A program made the position numbers and the translations under genes. From Patescibacteria group bacterium (lineage in GTDB: Bacteria; Patescibacteriota; Patescibacteriia; JBAZBY01): a DNA stretch of 64,000 nt. The stretch covers positions 961,130 to 1,025,129 of the forward strand of contig JBAZBY010000001.1 in NCBI GenBank assembly GCA_041671225.1. The letters are read 5' to 3'. The notes beneath the pieces are model-generated. The model saw only the letters and a program-made list of their open reading frames with translations, searched no databases and was not told where the DNA came from. Of this stretch, positions 29,405-39,305 are shown piece by piece (within the stretch, counting starts at the first letter, position 1; each line of letters begins with the position of its first letter).

Positions 29405-30853
29405 TTATTTGAATTGCTTGCTTGCCGCAATGAGGCTTGAAAAAAGATCCTTTAGGTCCGGGAAGGATTCAATCTCCTGGCGCGTCATGGCGCGGGCGGC
29501 GGCGCGGTTCATTTCCTTGTCGTACCAGCGGATTTGGTGTTCCAAATATTTGTACGGCCGATTCGCAAAATTCTGCGGGACGCGCTTGCCAAAAGCGCTG
29601 CGGAGTGCACGCGGGGTGAAATAATTCTCGATCGCACGGCGTTCCAGAATAAGACAATACATATGTGAGTGATAGCATCGATCGCGGAAGCGGAAATGGC
29701 TCACATCTCCCTGATCCTGCTTGCTGCTTTTCTCCGAATCCAATACCACAAACGAGAAAAGGTTATTCTCCTTGAGCCGCACGGGATCCATGTTCATGTT
29801 CCCGACCGCGCCGCCGCCCAGCTGCTGTATGGAAAGCTGCACTTCCTTAAGTTCCGGGAACTTGCGCACAAATTCATCAAACACGGCAATATCCCACGGG
29901 CCCTCAACATAAAGGATCATCTCCGCCGTGAGAATGCTTTCTGGATGCGTGCCGGTATACACCAAGCTGCGCAAGAGTTCGTCCCGATTTCGCTTGCGCG
30001 CACGAACGCGCTGTTGTCCATCGCGTTGTATATGATAAAAATTCAAATGCCTGTGCTGATTCAAAAAAAGCGGCGATCTCGTCGCAATAAAGATCTGTTT
30101 TTGATACCCCTTGCTTATCCGTGAGGTAAGAATGCGCATGAACTTACGCCCCAGCGACGGGAAGAAGTGGAACTCCGGCTCGTCAATGAGCAGCACATCA
30201 TACCGCGGGTCATGAAGATACAGCAGCGTCTTGACGGTTCCCAAAAATCCAATGCCAAAAAAATCGAGTATCGCCTGCTTCGGATTATCACCAAGCAGCA
30301 AGTGTGGAAAAAAATCCGTAAGCGCTGCGAGAAAATCCGCCCACGCGTCTTTCTGTTTTGCAAGTGCATCAAGTTCCACAGCTAGGCGCTTGCGTTGCAC
30401 AACAGCAGACTCAGGACCCCCATAATACACGTCCTTGCTCTTGTTCTCCCATGAAGCAACATATTTGATGCGCGCGCCAAGATTATGCACGACCTTTCCA
30501 CCTTGAACGTCATTGATCGCCTTACCATTCATGGTAACGGTATCCCCTGCGCTTCCTGCTGCGGCGCCATGCGTTTCTACCTCAGTCGTAATGCCATACT
30601 GCTTCCCGTCTGCCGTGAGCCCGGTTTCAATCGAGTAATACTTCTCTGCTTTGCCGTGGACGATATTAAGAAAACCGAAAAATGCCTGCTCGTCGTCAAT
30701 GGACGCGTGCCGGAATTGAAAATACAATGACTCAAGAATGCTCGTCTTTCCTGCACCATCCGGACCGATGAAAATATTCACTGGGCCGAAATCCGCAAGC
30801 GAGAGTGAATCCACCGCTTGAAAATTCTTGATGCTGAGTGAAGTGATTCGCAT
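29405..30853 (-). CDS. ABC-type ATPase + TOPRIM protein (OLD-family-like)
   Basis: MRITSLSIKNF, Walker A GPDGAGKTS, Walker B LLIDEPE, TOPRIM YVEGPWD, RAIENY. Confidence 0.8.
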   Translation of the reverse strand: MRITSLSIKNFQAVDSLSLADFGPVNIFIGPDGAGKTSILESLYFQFRHASIDDEQAFFGFLNIVHGKAEKYYSIETGLTADGKQYGITTEVETHGAAAGSAGDTVTMNGKAINDVQGGKVVHNLGARIKYVASWENKSKDVYYGGPESAVVQRKRLAVELDALAKQKDAWADFLAALTDFFPHLLLGDNPKQAILDFFGIGFLGTVKTLLYLHDPRYDVLLIDEPEFHFFPSLGRKFMRILTSRISKGYQKQIFIATRSPLFLNQHRHLNFYHIQRDGQQRVRARKRNRDELLRSLVYTGTHPESILTAEMILYVEGPWDIAVFDEFVRKFPELKEVQLSIQQLGGGAVGNMNMDPVRLKENNLFSFVVLDSEKSSKQDQGDVSHFRFRDRCYHSHMYCLILERRAIENYFTPRALRSAFGKRVPQNFANRPYKYLEHQIRWYDKEMNRAAARAMTRQEIESFPDLKDLFSSLIAASKQFK

Positions 30854-30923
30854 ACCACTAGTGTATCACAAAACCCCCGCCCAGATTAGCCGGGCGGGGG
30901 CGTGAAGATGAACCAATGAATGG

Positions 30924-32603
30924 TTATTTCTTTCGAGATTTCATGATAACCGCTGGAACAAAAACAACGATAAATACGGTCACAACAAGCACAAGCCAGA
31001 GTAACCATGGAGTGTTGTCATTAGAAGAAGAGGTCCCGGTTGGGGATTCAGTGTTGCTGTTTGCCACGGTGAAAGCAATCATATCGCTTTCGCTGAGCAC
31101 TGTCCCTGCATTATCACTCACCGTCACCTCAACGGTATGCTCACCTGCTGCAAGCGGACCGGGCAACGTGTATGACCACGCGCCGTCTGCGTTGGAAACC
31201 ACACTCGTGAGGATGGGGTCAGCGCTGGCAATGACAAGTGACACAATGCTATTCGGCGTCGTTGTACCGCTCAAAGTAATAATATCGGTATCGCGATACA
31301 ATGCCCTTCTCGCCTTAAATGCTCCATTCGATTCAATAAGTGAAAGCACTGCGGCATTCTGCGTAGCACCTTCCGCGGTTGCCGTTTCATCCGGGGCATT
31401 TTCGGAAAGCCAGTTTGTCAGACGGTTCAACGGGGTATTGTGATCCAAATGAAACTGAAGCTCCGTGCAGCGCGGCTCACGACCCCAATGCTGCTGGTAT
31501 GCTGCAGCGGCCGCGTCAAGATATGTATCAGTGTCTGTCCCAACACGCAACGCCTCAGAAACGCGAATAGTCCGCTCGTTTGCCTGTTCTGTGGAAATAG
31601 TGCAACCAAACTTCTCACCAATACTCTCCCCGGCAAGCCACTCCTTCAACCGATCAATTGATGTATTGTGATCCAAATGAAACTGAAGCTCCGTGCAGCG
31701 CGGCTCACGACCCCAAACATCTATATAGGCATCATAAACCTGCCCTAAATAGTTATCAGTGGTACTGCCTGCAGTGAAGCGCGAACGGACACGCACGGTA
31801 GCCCCATTTGCTTCACTGGTTGAAATGGAACAACCGTATGCTGCACGCAAAAAAGTATCAGTGGGAGTTTCGCTTGCGCTAGTATTGCTCCCATTCTTCG
31901 TTTGCGCTTTGCCTGCCGCAAGGGTGGTGAAGGATTGCTCGCTTGTGGTAACGGAACGATCCGCATCAAGAATGGGATTCTCCCAATCCATAGTGACGCC
32001 TGCCATGAGCGTGAAATAATAGGTCGTTTCCGGATTGAGGCTGGTAAATTGAATTGAATGCAGCACATCGCCGCCATGGCCGCCATAGTCGCCGGTTCTA
32101 TTTGGCAGCGTTCCGCTGACCGAGCCATACTGCACCTCTGTATAGGTTGAACGATTGGTCCTGACATACAGCGTCGCTGTGGTATCGGTAATCTCACTGA
32201 AATACATCTCCTCAATCACGACTCCCTGTTTTGGCGTATGAAAATCACCTGCCGCCGTACTGGTATTCTCAGAAGTGTCCGTAGCGGTAATTTGATAGTA
32301 ATATGTTGTGTCAAATGCAAGATTTTCCAGCAGGGCAATGTGTCGCATGCCCTGATATGTTGATGTTGCTGTGGCGCTTTGAGTGTATGAACCAGAATTA
32401 ATGCCGAAACGAACCACGCCCGTGGTTGTTTCATTTGTTGCCCAGTCAATGCCTTCTGTTATTGTTGCTGACTCCTGAAAAACTTGCGCAGCTGGCAGTT
32501 GGATAACCGGTGGATCCGGATCCTGCGCATCTGCGCGCTGCACAAACCCCCACCCAGTGGAAATCACTAGGGCGGCAACAAATAGTACGAAAAATCTTTT
32601 CAT
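30924..32603 (-). CDS. Secreted FN3/Ig-like protein with a duplicated 76-aa module and a C-terminal TM
   Basis: Signal peptide, two FN3-like TTYYY domains, two WGREPRCTELQFHLDHNT units, Ig-like domain, TM + basic tail. Confidence 0.75.
   Translation of the reverse strand: MKRFFVLFVAALVISTGWGFVQRADAQDPDPPVIQLPAAQVFQESATITEGIDWATNETTTGVVRFGINSGSYTQSATATSTYQGMRHIALLENLAFDTTYYYQITATDTSENTSTAAGDFHTPKQGVVIEEMYFSEITDTTATLYVRTNRSTYTEVQYGSVSGTLPNRTGDYGGHGGDVLHSIQFTSLNPETTYYFTLMAGVTMDWENPILDADRSVTTSEQSFTTLAAGKAQTKNGSNTSASETPTDTFLRAAYGCSISTSEANGATVRVRSRFTAGSTTDNYLGQVYDAYIDVWGREPRCTELQFHLDHNTSIDRLKEWLAGESIGEKFGCTISTEQANERTIRVSEALRVGTDTDTYLDAAAAAYQQHWGREPRCTELQFHLDHNTPLNRLTNWLSENAPDETATAEGATQNAAVLSLIESNGAFKARRALYRDTDIITLSGTTTPNSIVSLVIASADPILTSVVSNADGAWSYTLPGPLAAGEHTVEVTVSDNAGTVLSESDMIAFTVANSNTESPTGTSSSNDNTPWLLWLVLVVTVFIVVFVPAVIMKSRKK
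31435..31716. repeat. Identical 54-bp intragenic direct repeat (31435-31488 and 31663-31716)
   Basis: GTATTGTGATCCAAATGAAACTGAAGCTCCGTGCAGCGCGGCTCACGACCCCAA occurs twice, 228 bp apart. Confidence 0.9.
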
Positions 32604-32663
32604 AGGGAAGGCTTAGTTTGTAACCCCTATAAGTATATCGCGTTCCACAGGAAAGTGTTACGA

Positions 32664-33926
32664 CTACTTTTTCTCCGGCTTCTCTTTGTAATATTCTTGC
32701 AAACCGAGCTCCTCTGGAAAATAATCCTGCTTCCCCGCCTCACCCTCATAATCATGCGAATATTTGTACTCCTTGCCATACCCGATGTCTTTCATGAGGT
32801 CTGTTGACGCATTGCGCAAATGGAGCGGTACAGGAAGATTGCCATGCTCGCGTGCGTCCTGCCGCGCTTTGAGAATGCCGACGTATGCTGCGTTAGACTT
32901 AGGAGCGGTGGCAAGATACGTGGCACACTGTGCGAGGGTGAGCTGCGCTTCCGGCAAACCGATGCGCTCGCATGCGAGAAAACACGACGTGGCGAGAATC
33001 TGCGCCCGCGGATCCGCATTGCCGATATCCTCCGACGCGAGGATCACCATGCGGCGCGCGATAAAGAGCGGGTCCTCCCCTGCTTCCAACATGCGGGCAA
33101 GCCAATACAACGCGCCATCTGGACTAGACCCGCGGAGCGATTTGATGAATGCGGAGATGACGTTATAATGCTCTTCGCCGTCTTTGTCATAGAGCAACGC
33201 CCTTTTCTGCAAGGCCTCTTCAATATCTTTCTTGCTGATGGTTGCTGCGCTCGCAAAAGCCGCCGCAACATCAAGGCCATTGAGTGCGATGCGCGCGTCG
33301 CCGTTGGCAGTCTTCACAAGAAGCGCCCTGGCATCCGGTGCGAGTTTCTTCTTTCCTTTGAGGCCGCGCTTCGCATCCTTCAATGCGCGGTCAATGATGC
33401 TGCTGATCTCCTGTTCCGTGAGCCGCTGAAACACGAACACACGGGAGCGGGAGAGCAGCGGGCTTATCACCTCAAAACTCGGGTTCTCCGTGGTGGCGCC
33501 GATGAGCATAATGGTCCCCTGCTCCACGAATGGCAGGAGGCCATCCTGCTGCGCTTTATTCCAGCGGTGGATCTCATCGATGAACAATATGGTGCGTGCT
33601 CGGTGGAATTTGAGGTCATCCTCCGCCTTCTTGATGATGTCACGAAGGTCCTTCACGCCGGATGACACTGCAGAAAGCTGCACAAAGCGCGACTGCGTCT
33701 GTTTTGCGATGAGCCGCGCAAGCGTGGTCTTGCCGCTCCCTGGCGGCCCCCAGAACAGCATGGAGAACAGCTTATCATCCCGAATGGCCTTGCGGAGCAC
33801 CTTCTCTTCTCCCATGATCTCCTGCTGTCCGACGAATTCATCAAAATTCTCCGGCCGCATGCGGTCAGCAAGCGGCGCGTCTTTCCTCTTGAATTCCTCC
33901 GCTGCGTTTTCGAACAGATCTGCCAT
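32664..33926 (-). CDS. rarA: Replication-associated recombination protein RarA/MgsA
   Basis: PLADRMRP, WGPPGSGKTT, FIDEIHR, GATTENP, ISAFIKSLRGS and ASEDIGNAD motifs. Confidence 0.96.
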   Translation of the reverse strand: MADLFENAAEEFKRKDAPLADRMRPENFDEFVGQQEIMGEEKVLRKAIRDDKLFSMLFWGPPGSGKTTLARLIAKQTQSRFVQLSAVSSGVKDLRDIIKKAEDDLKFHRARTILFIDEIHRWNKAQQDGLLPFVEQGTIMLIGATTENPSFEVISPLLSRSRVFVFQRLTEQEISSIIDRALKDAKRGLKGKKKLAPDARALLVKTANGDARIALNGLDVAAAFASAATISKKDIEEALQKRALLYDKDGEEHYNVISAFIKSLRGSSPDGALYWLARMLEAGEDPLFIARRMVILASEDIGNADPRAQILATSCFLACERIGLPEAQLTLAQCATYLATAPKSNAAYVGILKARQDAREHGNLPVPLHLRNASTDLMKDIGYGKEYKYSHDYEGEAGKQDYFPEELGLQEYYKEKPEKK

Positions 33927-34084
33927 AGTCCTTGTATCCTATCCCAGAGCGAGCCCATTGACAAAGGCGCTCACAAATGCTAGCTTTTGGGGCTTTTGGT
34001 GTGGCAGGTTACAAACCGCTATACTAAAGGACAGAGTCTCACCGCACCTTCCACACCAACCTCAACGAAAGGGCACGTTGAACT

Positions 34085-34627
34085 ATGGCAAATCACGATC
34101 TGGATGACCTACCGACAGCGGCAAGACCGCTCTTCACGTTCACCACGAGAGGCGACCTCGACTTCGTGATGAACGCTCTCAACATACAGGGACCGATCTT
34201 CCTTGATGGACACTCCGCGCAGATGCCCGGCGGCACCGCTGCCGGATTCACCAAGGCACTCGTTCGGTTCTACGGAAAGCACGGCCACTTCCCGAACGAG
34301 GTCACGGTCTTTCATCACGGGAGGATCACGCCTCTCGAGGTGCACACCACAAAGCCGCGCCGGCACGCGGTGATCCGAACCTTCTCCGCCGACGGATACT
34401 GGCAGCTGCATCTGCATCTCCCCGACCAGAATCCGACGGAACGCATCTGCCGCATCGAGGAGCTTCCGGATCACATCGGCCCACTCTCGCAGTACCGCTT
34501 GGGGCCTCCCCCGGGCAAGCTCGATGCGCTCCTGCGCCTCAACGAGGCCTTCAAGCACAGGGTGGGACTGCCCCCTCGGGCATCCCTGCGCCGCATCCTC
34601 ATCGGCGGCCGCGCTGACTGGCACTGA
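34085..34627 (+). CDS. Hypothetical protein (GC-rich)
   Basis: 180-aa ORF downstream of a TTGACA-17-TAGCTT promoter at about 33958. Confidence 0.6.
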   Translation: MANHDLDDLPTAARPLFTFTTRGDLDFVMNALNIQGPIFLDGHSAQMPGGTAAGFTKALVRFYGKHGHFPNEVTVFHHGRITPLEVHTTKPRRHAVIRTFSADGYWQLHLHLPDQNPTERICRIEELPDHIGPLSQYRLGPPPGKLDALLRLNEAFKHRVGLPPRASLRRILIGGRADWH

Positions 34628-34701
34628 CCCGCTCTTTCCTCGCAAGATTCCTTCCCCCGGGAGCGCCTTCTGTCTGATAACAACAGACCAGGGCGCTTCT
34701 T

Positions 34702-35400
34702 TTAATTTCCGCCGAATCTCCGATTGCGCCTTGCGTATTCCTTGAGCACTGCCTGGAAGTCCTTTTTGGTAAAAGCAGGAAGCGATTTCTTTACAAAAAT
34801 AAGCTCACTGTACACGGACTGCCACGTGAGAAAATTCGAAAGTCGCTGCTCGCCGCTTGTGCGTACGATCGCATCTGGGTCCGGTATGCCGGCGGTATCC
34901 AGATACCCGCTCAGTTGTTGCGGAGTGATGTGCGCCATATCCACGCCGTCCTCTGCCGCGGCTCGCATGCTGCGGATCAGCTCATGGCGTCCGCCGTAAT
35001 TCAATGCGATGACCATGGTCGCGCGGGTATTGTTGCGGGTCTCCTTCTCCGCTTTGCGGATGGCAATCTGCAACGGGCGCGGGAGCTTGTTGCGCTCGCC
35101 GATGATGCGCAGCCTGACGCCTTTTACAATGAAGTCCGGCAAATCCTTCTGCAGCGCTTCAAGAAAAAGCCGCATCAACTCGCGCACCTCCGAAGGCGAT
35201 CGTTTCCAATTTTCCGTTGAGAACGCGTAGACCGTGAGGTACTTCACCTCGTATTCCAAACACCAGTCCCCGAGCTTGCGGACGGCATCCCGTCCTGCGC
35301 GATGCCCGGCATTGGCGGAAAGCCCGCGCTGTTTTGCCCAGCGGCGGTTCCCGTCAAGAATGAATGCAATGTGCGTTGGGATGTGTGAGGAAACCTGCAT
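34702..35400 (-). CDS. uppS: Undecaprenyl diphosphate synthase
   Basis: HIAFILDGNRRWA, YAFSTENWKR, NYGGR and RTSGEQRLSNF motifs. Confidence 0.96.
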   Translation of the reverse strand: MQVSSHIPTHIAFILDGNRRWAKQRGLSANAGHRAGRDAVRKLGDWCLEYEVKYLTVYAFSTENWKRSPSEVRELMRLFLEALQKDLPDFIVKGVRLRIIGERNKLPRPLQIAIRKAEKETRNNTRATMVIALNYGGRHELIRSMRAAAEDGVDMAHITPQQLSGYLDTAGIPDPDAIVRTSGEQRLSNFLTWQSVYSELIFVKKSLPAFTKKDFQAVLKEYARRNRRFGGN

Positions 35401-35403
35401 ACG

Positions 35404-36459
35404 TTATGACGAACGGCGGACCATATATTCAGCAAGTGCGCCCAGTACCTTGCGCGTTTCGCTATGGAGATGCAGACTCTTTGCAAGCGCGCTCTTTGCC
35501 TCCTGCACCAGCGCATACGAGCGTTCCCGCGCCTTGGCAAGCGCGCCGCTCACCTGCACAATCCGGCGTGCGTCAATCAATGCGGACTCCGTCATGCGCT
35601 CATTGCTCAGAATGGCACGCAGGCGCTTCCGATCCTTCAAAGAAGCAAATTTCAGTGCATACAAAATCAAAAGGGTTTTCTTCCCCTCATCCAGATCTGA
35701 CGTGACGGACTTGCCGATGGTCTTTGCGTTGCCGAACATTCCCAAAATGTCATCCTGAATCTGGAACGCAATGCCGAGGGGAATGGCATAAAGGGTAATG
35801 CTTTTGAGGTCGCGCTCGGTGCCGCCGGCCAGAATGGCGCCGAGGTGCAGCGGCGCTTCAAACGAATACATTGCGGTTTTGAGTTGATGCACGGCGAGCA
35901 CCTGCGCTTCCGTCACCTTCTCCCGTTCAGAAAACAGAATATCCATCATCTGCCCATAATGCGTTTCCTCCAGCATCCGTTCAATGCGTTGCAGCAGACG
36001 AAATTTCTTTTCTGAAGACACGCGGCTCTCCAGGACGAGCTCCCTCGCCCAGATACTCAAAAGGTTCCCCAGCAGGATTGCCTGGGAAACACCGTAGTGT
36101 TCTGCGCGCTCCGCAGCTGGACTCAAATCCTGCACCGCAATGTGTACGGTCTTTCCGCCGCGGCGCTGCTCGTCCTGATCGATAATGTCATCGTGGATCA
36201 AAAGGTATGCATGCAGCAATTCCGCAAGAATAGAAAGCGTCGTTACTTGCGTACTCACCTTTCCCGTAATGAGCCGATATCCTTGTGTCATCAGAAACCC
36301 GCGAATACGCTTGCCCCCCTTGCGCAGCACGAATTCCGCCACGGTGTCAAAAAGCGGCACGACATCCGGGGCAATGCGCTTCACTTCTTTGCGCTTCACC
36401 GCAAAAAAGGCCTCCAGTTGAGGCTGAACGTTCATCCGATACATTTCAAGCTCTTTCAT
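35404..36459 (-). CDS. Trans-polyprenyl (FPP/GGPP) synthase
   Basis: GGKRIR, FARM HDDIIDQDEQRRG, KTA, SARM QIQDDILG. Start placed at MKELE. Confidence 0.92.
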   Translation of the reverse strand: MKELEMYRMNVQPQLEAFFAVKRKEVKRIAPDVVPLFDTVAEFVLRKGGKRIRGFLMTQGYRLITGKVSTQVTTLSILAELLHAYLLIHDDIIDQDEQRRGGKTVHIAVQDLSPAAERAEHYGVSQAILLGNLLSIWARELVLESRVSSEKKFRLLQRIERMLEETHYGQMMDILFSEREKVTEAQVLAVHQLKTAMYSFEAPLHLGAILAGGTERDLKSITLYAIPLGIAFQIQDDILGMFGNAKTIGKSVTSDLDEGKKTLLILYALKFASLKDRKRLRAILSNERMTESALIDARRIVQVSGALAKARERSYALVQEAKSALAKSLHLHSETRKVLGALAEYMVRRSS

Positions 36460-36575
36460 AAAACAGCGTTGAGTATACCAAAACACACCCTTTGAGCAAG
36501 GGGAAGCGGGCAGGGTCTCGTATGGAGGTCCTGCCCTGGGTGGTGGTTGCGCGGGGTGCGCGTATGGCACGACGT

Positions 36576-37013
36576 TCACGCCGCGATTTCGGCTTTGGTT
36601 GAGACGAGCTGGATGGAGTACGGCGGGTGGCCGTCGAGACCGCCAGTGAAGACCTGGCAGCCAGGATGGGTGGGGGTTCCCACGCGTCTCCGATACGTGC
36701 ACACGGGGCTGTGCACGCAGGAGCCGCCTTGCCAGAGAACGCAGTCCGTGAGAACCAGGTCACTCACCACGGTGCCGTCTCCCCGCCGGAGAATGACCTG
36801 CCGTTCACACGGCTTGCTCGCATGGTGGAAATCCCGCTCGTAGTATCCGTGCATCTGCTGTTCCCTCCATGTACTCAGGTACGAAAGAGCACCCATTGCT
36901 GGGTGCGGTTCGTTGGAAAACGCGATATCTACCCAGATATGGGAAGCTGATTTCGGCACCGTACACGCCAGTCTGGCATGTCGGTTGCCACCGTGTTCAT
37001 TCGGGGTCAGCAC
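36576..37013 (-). CDS. Hypothetical protein (start uncertain)
   Basis: Open frame downstream of a TTGACA-17-TAGGCT promoter (about 37085-37057); GC-rich. Confidence 0.4.
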   Translation of the reverse strand: MLTPNEHGGNRHARLACTVPKSASHIWVDIAFSNEPHPAMGALSYLSTWREQQMHGYYERDFHHASKPCERQVILRRGDGTVVSDLVLTDCVLWQGGSCVHSPVCTYRRRVGTPTHPGCQVFTGGLDGHPPYSIQLVSTKAEIAA

Positions 37014-37502
37014 CCCTCCACGGCTTCTTGATATCTGTACTGTGAAAGATGCACGGAGCCTACAGTGTTCTGTCCTGACTGTCAAATCATAGGAAAGGAA
37101 TCTATAGAAAAACCTGCCAAAGGTCATTTTGGCGCCAGGGTAAACTGAATCCCAGGTGGTTGGTAGTTCCCCTGGGATAAAGAGCGATGGGCGGTCGAAG
37201 CGAGATTTCGACCCTACCTTCCAGAAGACGTGTGTCCTCTGGGAAAGGGTGTTCTACTTATTCGGGACTGAACCCGGGGTCGTGATCTCAATGAATGCAT
37301 GTGGCACTCAGAAAATCGCGAAAGATAGAACTATATTTACGATACAATAGTCTGTTCTGCTGTCAAGACTTTTTTTTCTGTGGATAACTCAAATGGAACG
37401 GCGGCTAGTCACGAAGACGAGCCGCCGATAGAAGAAGGGTCCCCGGCGAACGAACGTTCGCTGCGAGATGTCTGCACATGCTGTACAGGGACCACAGGAT
37501 TG

Positions 37503-37575
37503 TGGGGATAGAAGGATTTGAACCTCCGACAGCCAGATTTTCAGTCTGGTGCTCTGCCAACTGAGCTATATCCCC
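37503..37575 (-). tRNA. tRNA-Phe(GAA), CCA not encoded
   Basis: GGGGATA acceptor, TAGCTCAGTTGG D arm, CCAGA-CTGAAAA-TCTGG anticodon arm, GGTTCAAATCC T arm. Confidence 0.92.
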
Positions 37576-37582
37576 GACAAAA

Positions 37583-37658
37583 TGGTGCGCCATCAAGGAG
37601 TCGAACCTCAGACATCCAGATTGTGAGTCTGGCGCTCTACCAACTGAGCTAATGGCGC
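37583..37658 (-). tRNA. tRNA-Val(CAC) by anticodon
   Basis: GCGCCAT/ATGGCGC acceptor + ACCA, CCAGA-CTCACAA-TCTGG, GGTTCGACTCC. Confidence 0.85.
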
Positions 37659-37905
37659 ACTGAAGGAACAAGAGGAGGTGGTGGCACCTGGTCCGAGCTG
37701 TGATGCAGGATCATGGTGCGTGGACAGATGTCTTTTGCGACCTTGCAGAGTGCGCAGGGCCACCACCGGGTTAACGTTGAAATAGCGGGGACGGGGAGGC
37801 CGGGTCGATGTACCGCAACCAGACCTCCCCTACCGGCAGTAAAAAGGCCCGAAGACCTCAGAACCAACGGCCCCCAAATACAAAAGCACGTATGTGCGGA
37901 AAAAC

Positions 37906-37934
37906 ATCCTATCGCACATGGCACTACCTGTCAA
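37906..37934 (-). promoter_or_regulatory. Promoter of the tRNA pair
   Basis: TTGACA-17 bp-TAGGAT. Confidence 0.55.
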
Positions 37935-37939
37935 GGCGC

Positions 37940-38476
37940 TTATGTTTTCGGGTACAGCTCCGGGTTCTTGAAAGGCACCAGCGCCATGATCACGCCGCTT
38001 GCATACTCGCTCGTTCGGCTCAGGACATCGTGCGTGAGTAATCCAATTGCTCCGTTCTGTTGTTTCGAGTTCGATTTTCCAAAAACGATATCATCAGCAT
38101 CACCGAGCTCCATGCCACCACGAACCAATTCTGCAACGCGTCCGGGCAACATAAAGCCAATTGTGCGTGCCATACCCTCTTGCGTGCCACCTCGCACCAC
38201 AACCCACGCGCAGGTGCCAAGTTTTCCGCTTTCTTCAAATGCGCCGCCTTCGAGCCCCACATAGTACTCCGCGTCAGGATTTGTGCGCTGTGCCGCGATG
38301 ATGCGTTGACGCGCGCCTTTCAGCATTTCATCATCCCCCATCGGTTGATCAGAAACGCCAGAAGGCACCTTCACGCCTGCAAACAGAAACTCCTCGCCAG
38401 GAAACATGCGCTGAAACCCTTGTTCCACTGCCTGCAACTTCACGGGATTCATTGAAGTAATGATGACGGTTTTCAT
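37940..38476 (-). CDS. yjjX: Inosine/xanthosine triphosphatase
   Basis: SMNPVK, SGVSDQP, GLEGG, ELGDA and KQQNGAIGLLT motifs. Confidence 0.92.
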   Translation of the reverse strand: MKTVIITSMNPVKLQAVEQGFQRMFPGEEFLFAGVKVPSGVSDQPMGDDEMLKGARQRIIAAQRTNPDAEYYVGLEGGAFEESGKLGTCAWVVVRGGTQEGMARTIGFMLPGRVAELVRGGMELGDADDIVFGKSNSKQQNGAIGLLTHDVLSRTSEYASGVIMALVPFKNPELYPKT

Positions 38477-39252
38477 AGTGTAAGCGTGAGTCCGATCGGG
38501 CAGTGATCCGAGCCCACCACATCCGGCAAGATAAAAGCATCCTTCACCTGCTTCTTAAGATTCGGGCTTATATAAAAATAATCCAGACGCCAACCCACGT
38601 TGCGGTCACGGGCGCGAGTCTTCTGGTCCCAATAGGTGTACTGCTTGGGTTCATCCGGATGCTTCATGCGAAAGGTATCAATAAGTCCGGCTGCTTCAAA
38701 CCTATCCAGCCATGCGCGCTCGATGGCCATGAAGCCGGAATTATCCGCGTTCTCCTTTGGCCGCGCCAGATCGATCTCTTGATGTGCCGTATTGACGTCG
38801 CCACACACCACCACCTTGCGTGTTTTCATGAGCTTTACTGCATAATTCAAAAACTGATCATAAAACTTCAACTTATAATCCAGCCGCGGCTGCCCTGACC
38901 CGCCGTTGGGATAATAAATATTGAGTAGTACGAACGCGCCAAAATCCAACTCCTGTACACGGCCTTCTCTGGAAAGCAAGCTGTTTTTCCCAAAATCTTT
39001 TTTTTCGCATTTTGGTTCCTTCTTGGTATACGTCGCGACGCCACTGTATCCCTTCTTGGCCTCATGTCCCGCCCAATATGAAGCATAGCCGCCCACATCC
39101 TTAAGAGCTTCAGAAAGTATTCCTGGATCATGCACCTTTGTTTCCTGCACACACACAATATCAGCCTCACTCTTCTGCAGCCAATCAATAAAACCTTTCC
39201 GTTCTGCGGCACGAATTCCATTTACATTCCAAGAGAGAAGGGTTATCGACAT
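38473..39252 (-). CDS. xth: Exodeoxyribonuclease III / AP endonuclease
   Basis: SWNVNGIRA, QETK, GDVNTAH, GWRLDY and SDHCP motifs. Confidence 0.96.
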   Translation of the reverse strand: MSITLLSWNVNGIRAAERKGFIDWLQKSEADIVCVQETKVHDPGILSEALKDVGGYASYWAGHEAKKGYSGVATYTKKEPKCEKKDFGKNSLLSREGRVQELDFGAFVLLNIYYPNGGSGQPRLDYKLKFYDQFLNYAVKLMKTRKVVVCGDVNTAHQEIDLARPKENADNSGFMAIERAWLDRFEAAGLIDTFRMKHPDEPKQYTYWDQKTRARDRNVGWRLDYFYISPNLKKQVKDAFILPDVVGSDHCPIGLTLTL

Positions 39253-39305
39253 GGATTGTAGTATAGCAAATAGAGACTTTTTTGCCTTCGTGTTATACTT
39301 TCCAC

